Of a stretch of 64,000 bases of DNA, positions 63,370 through 64,000 are shown piece by piece. Made by a program: the position numbers and the translations under genes. The notes beneath the pieces are model-generated. The model worked only from the letters and a program-made list of their open reading frames with translations, ran no database searches and had not been told where the DNA came from. Origin of the DNA: Macrostomum lignano. Its lineage: Eukaryota. Where the stretch lies: the NCBI GenBank assembly GCA_002269645.1, contig NIVC01001902.1, positions 62,001-126,000 on the forward strand. Reading direction: 5' to 3'. How positions within the stretch are numbered: position 1 is the stretch's first letter; the number at the start of each line of letters is the position of its first letter.

Positions 63370-64000
63370 AGTTACGAGGGCCCCTATCGCAACCCCAAGG
63401 TAAAAGAAACCAAGGCTTATCCCTGGGGTAGCGCCCAGCCCCCGCCAGTAGTCGGCAGGTTCGCTGAGGGGGCATCGGCGATATTCATCGGGTCGGTATC
63501 TCGAACGAAGACGAAGAGATCACGGATGTCGACCAGCAAGATTGTCAGCTCGTCCATCCACTGGAGTTTGTCGAGGTGTTTGTACCGCGCCTTATTGAAG
63601 TAAGGGCAGAAGGTGACGTGATGCTCCGCGGTCTCCTCTTCTATGCCACAAAAGACGGTCGGTCTATGCCTCGAGGTCGGTTCTGCTAAGTGAGATCAGA
63701 TAATCTGCAGAGACTTTCCTGTTCTGGTTAGGCATTGTAGACCGGGTCTGCCTGTAGTCGGTGCAACTGTTCTAGTGGAGTTTGTGTTGCTGGTGGAGCC
63801 ACCTGGATTTGCGACCTAGGCTGAGTAGCCTCATCCGATGTTGGTTGCGGTCTTGGTTGCTGCCCTCTTTGGTGAGAGAATCTGCGAGCTCGTTGCCCAG
63901 GATATTGTTGTGACCGGATGTCCAGATGGTACTCGTACTGCAGACTGGCTTTAGTAGAGGTGAGAGAAGGCTTGACCACTACACAGCTTTGAGTGTCAAT
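63370..64000 (-). mobile_element. Decayed 3' end of an RNase H-bearing non-LTR retrotransposon (I/Loa/R1-type ORF2)
   Basis: IWTSGHNNILGNELADSLTKEG (RNase H C-terminal motif) near 63870-63930, then FCGIEEETAEHHVTFCP (C-terminal zinc knuckle with its first Cys lost) near 63603-63652; stops and frameshifts between; frame ends at TAA 63417-63419. Confidence 0.8.

Overview
Eukaryotic (metazoan) genomic DNA: GC-rich exons separated by introns filled with micro- and minisatellites. This style suggests a free-living flatworm such as Macrostomum (inference only). Minus strand 775-26228: 18 splice-phase-consistent exons (6591 nt, about 2197 codons) of a Dscam-family receptor with the canonical 9 Ig - 4 FN3 - Ig - 2 FN3 - TM - cytoplasmic layout. 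The gene runs off the left edge, and its signal-peptide exons are only tentatively placed at 27-29.5 kb. Also on the minus strand: a 3-exon MATH-BTB gene (39628-43279) with no genomic start codon found, and a single-exon MOZART2/MZT2 homolog (44496-44705). Plus strand: SMARCE1/BAF57 (54251-57301), an isolated very-large-inducible-GTPase (GVIN1/URG4-like) GTPase module (about 61900-62598) behind a TATA box and non-coding first exon, and a half-LIM exon (63062-63197). Mobile DNA: a decayed RNase H-bearing non-LTR retrotransposon end (63370-64000), a 3.7-kb TIR element with a 4-bp TSD nested in another repeat, a hAT-like MITE family, two other MITEs and two tRNA-derived SINE-like heads. Main leads: start codons possibly supplied by the AUG-terminated flatworm spliced leader (MATH-BTB, Dscam micro-exons), a candidate 72-nt cassette exon in Dscam Ig2, a GTPase-only VLIG, and inverted minisatellite pairs. 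Exon boundaries were read by eye from GT/AG sites; repeat boundaries are approximate; no database searches were run.
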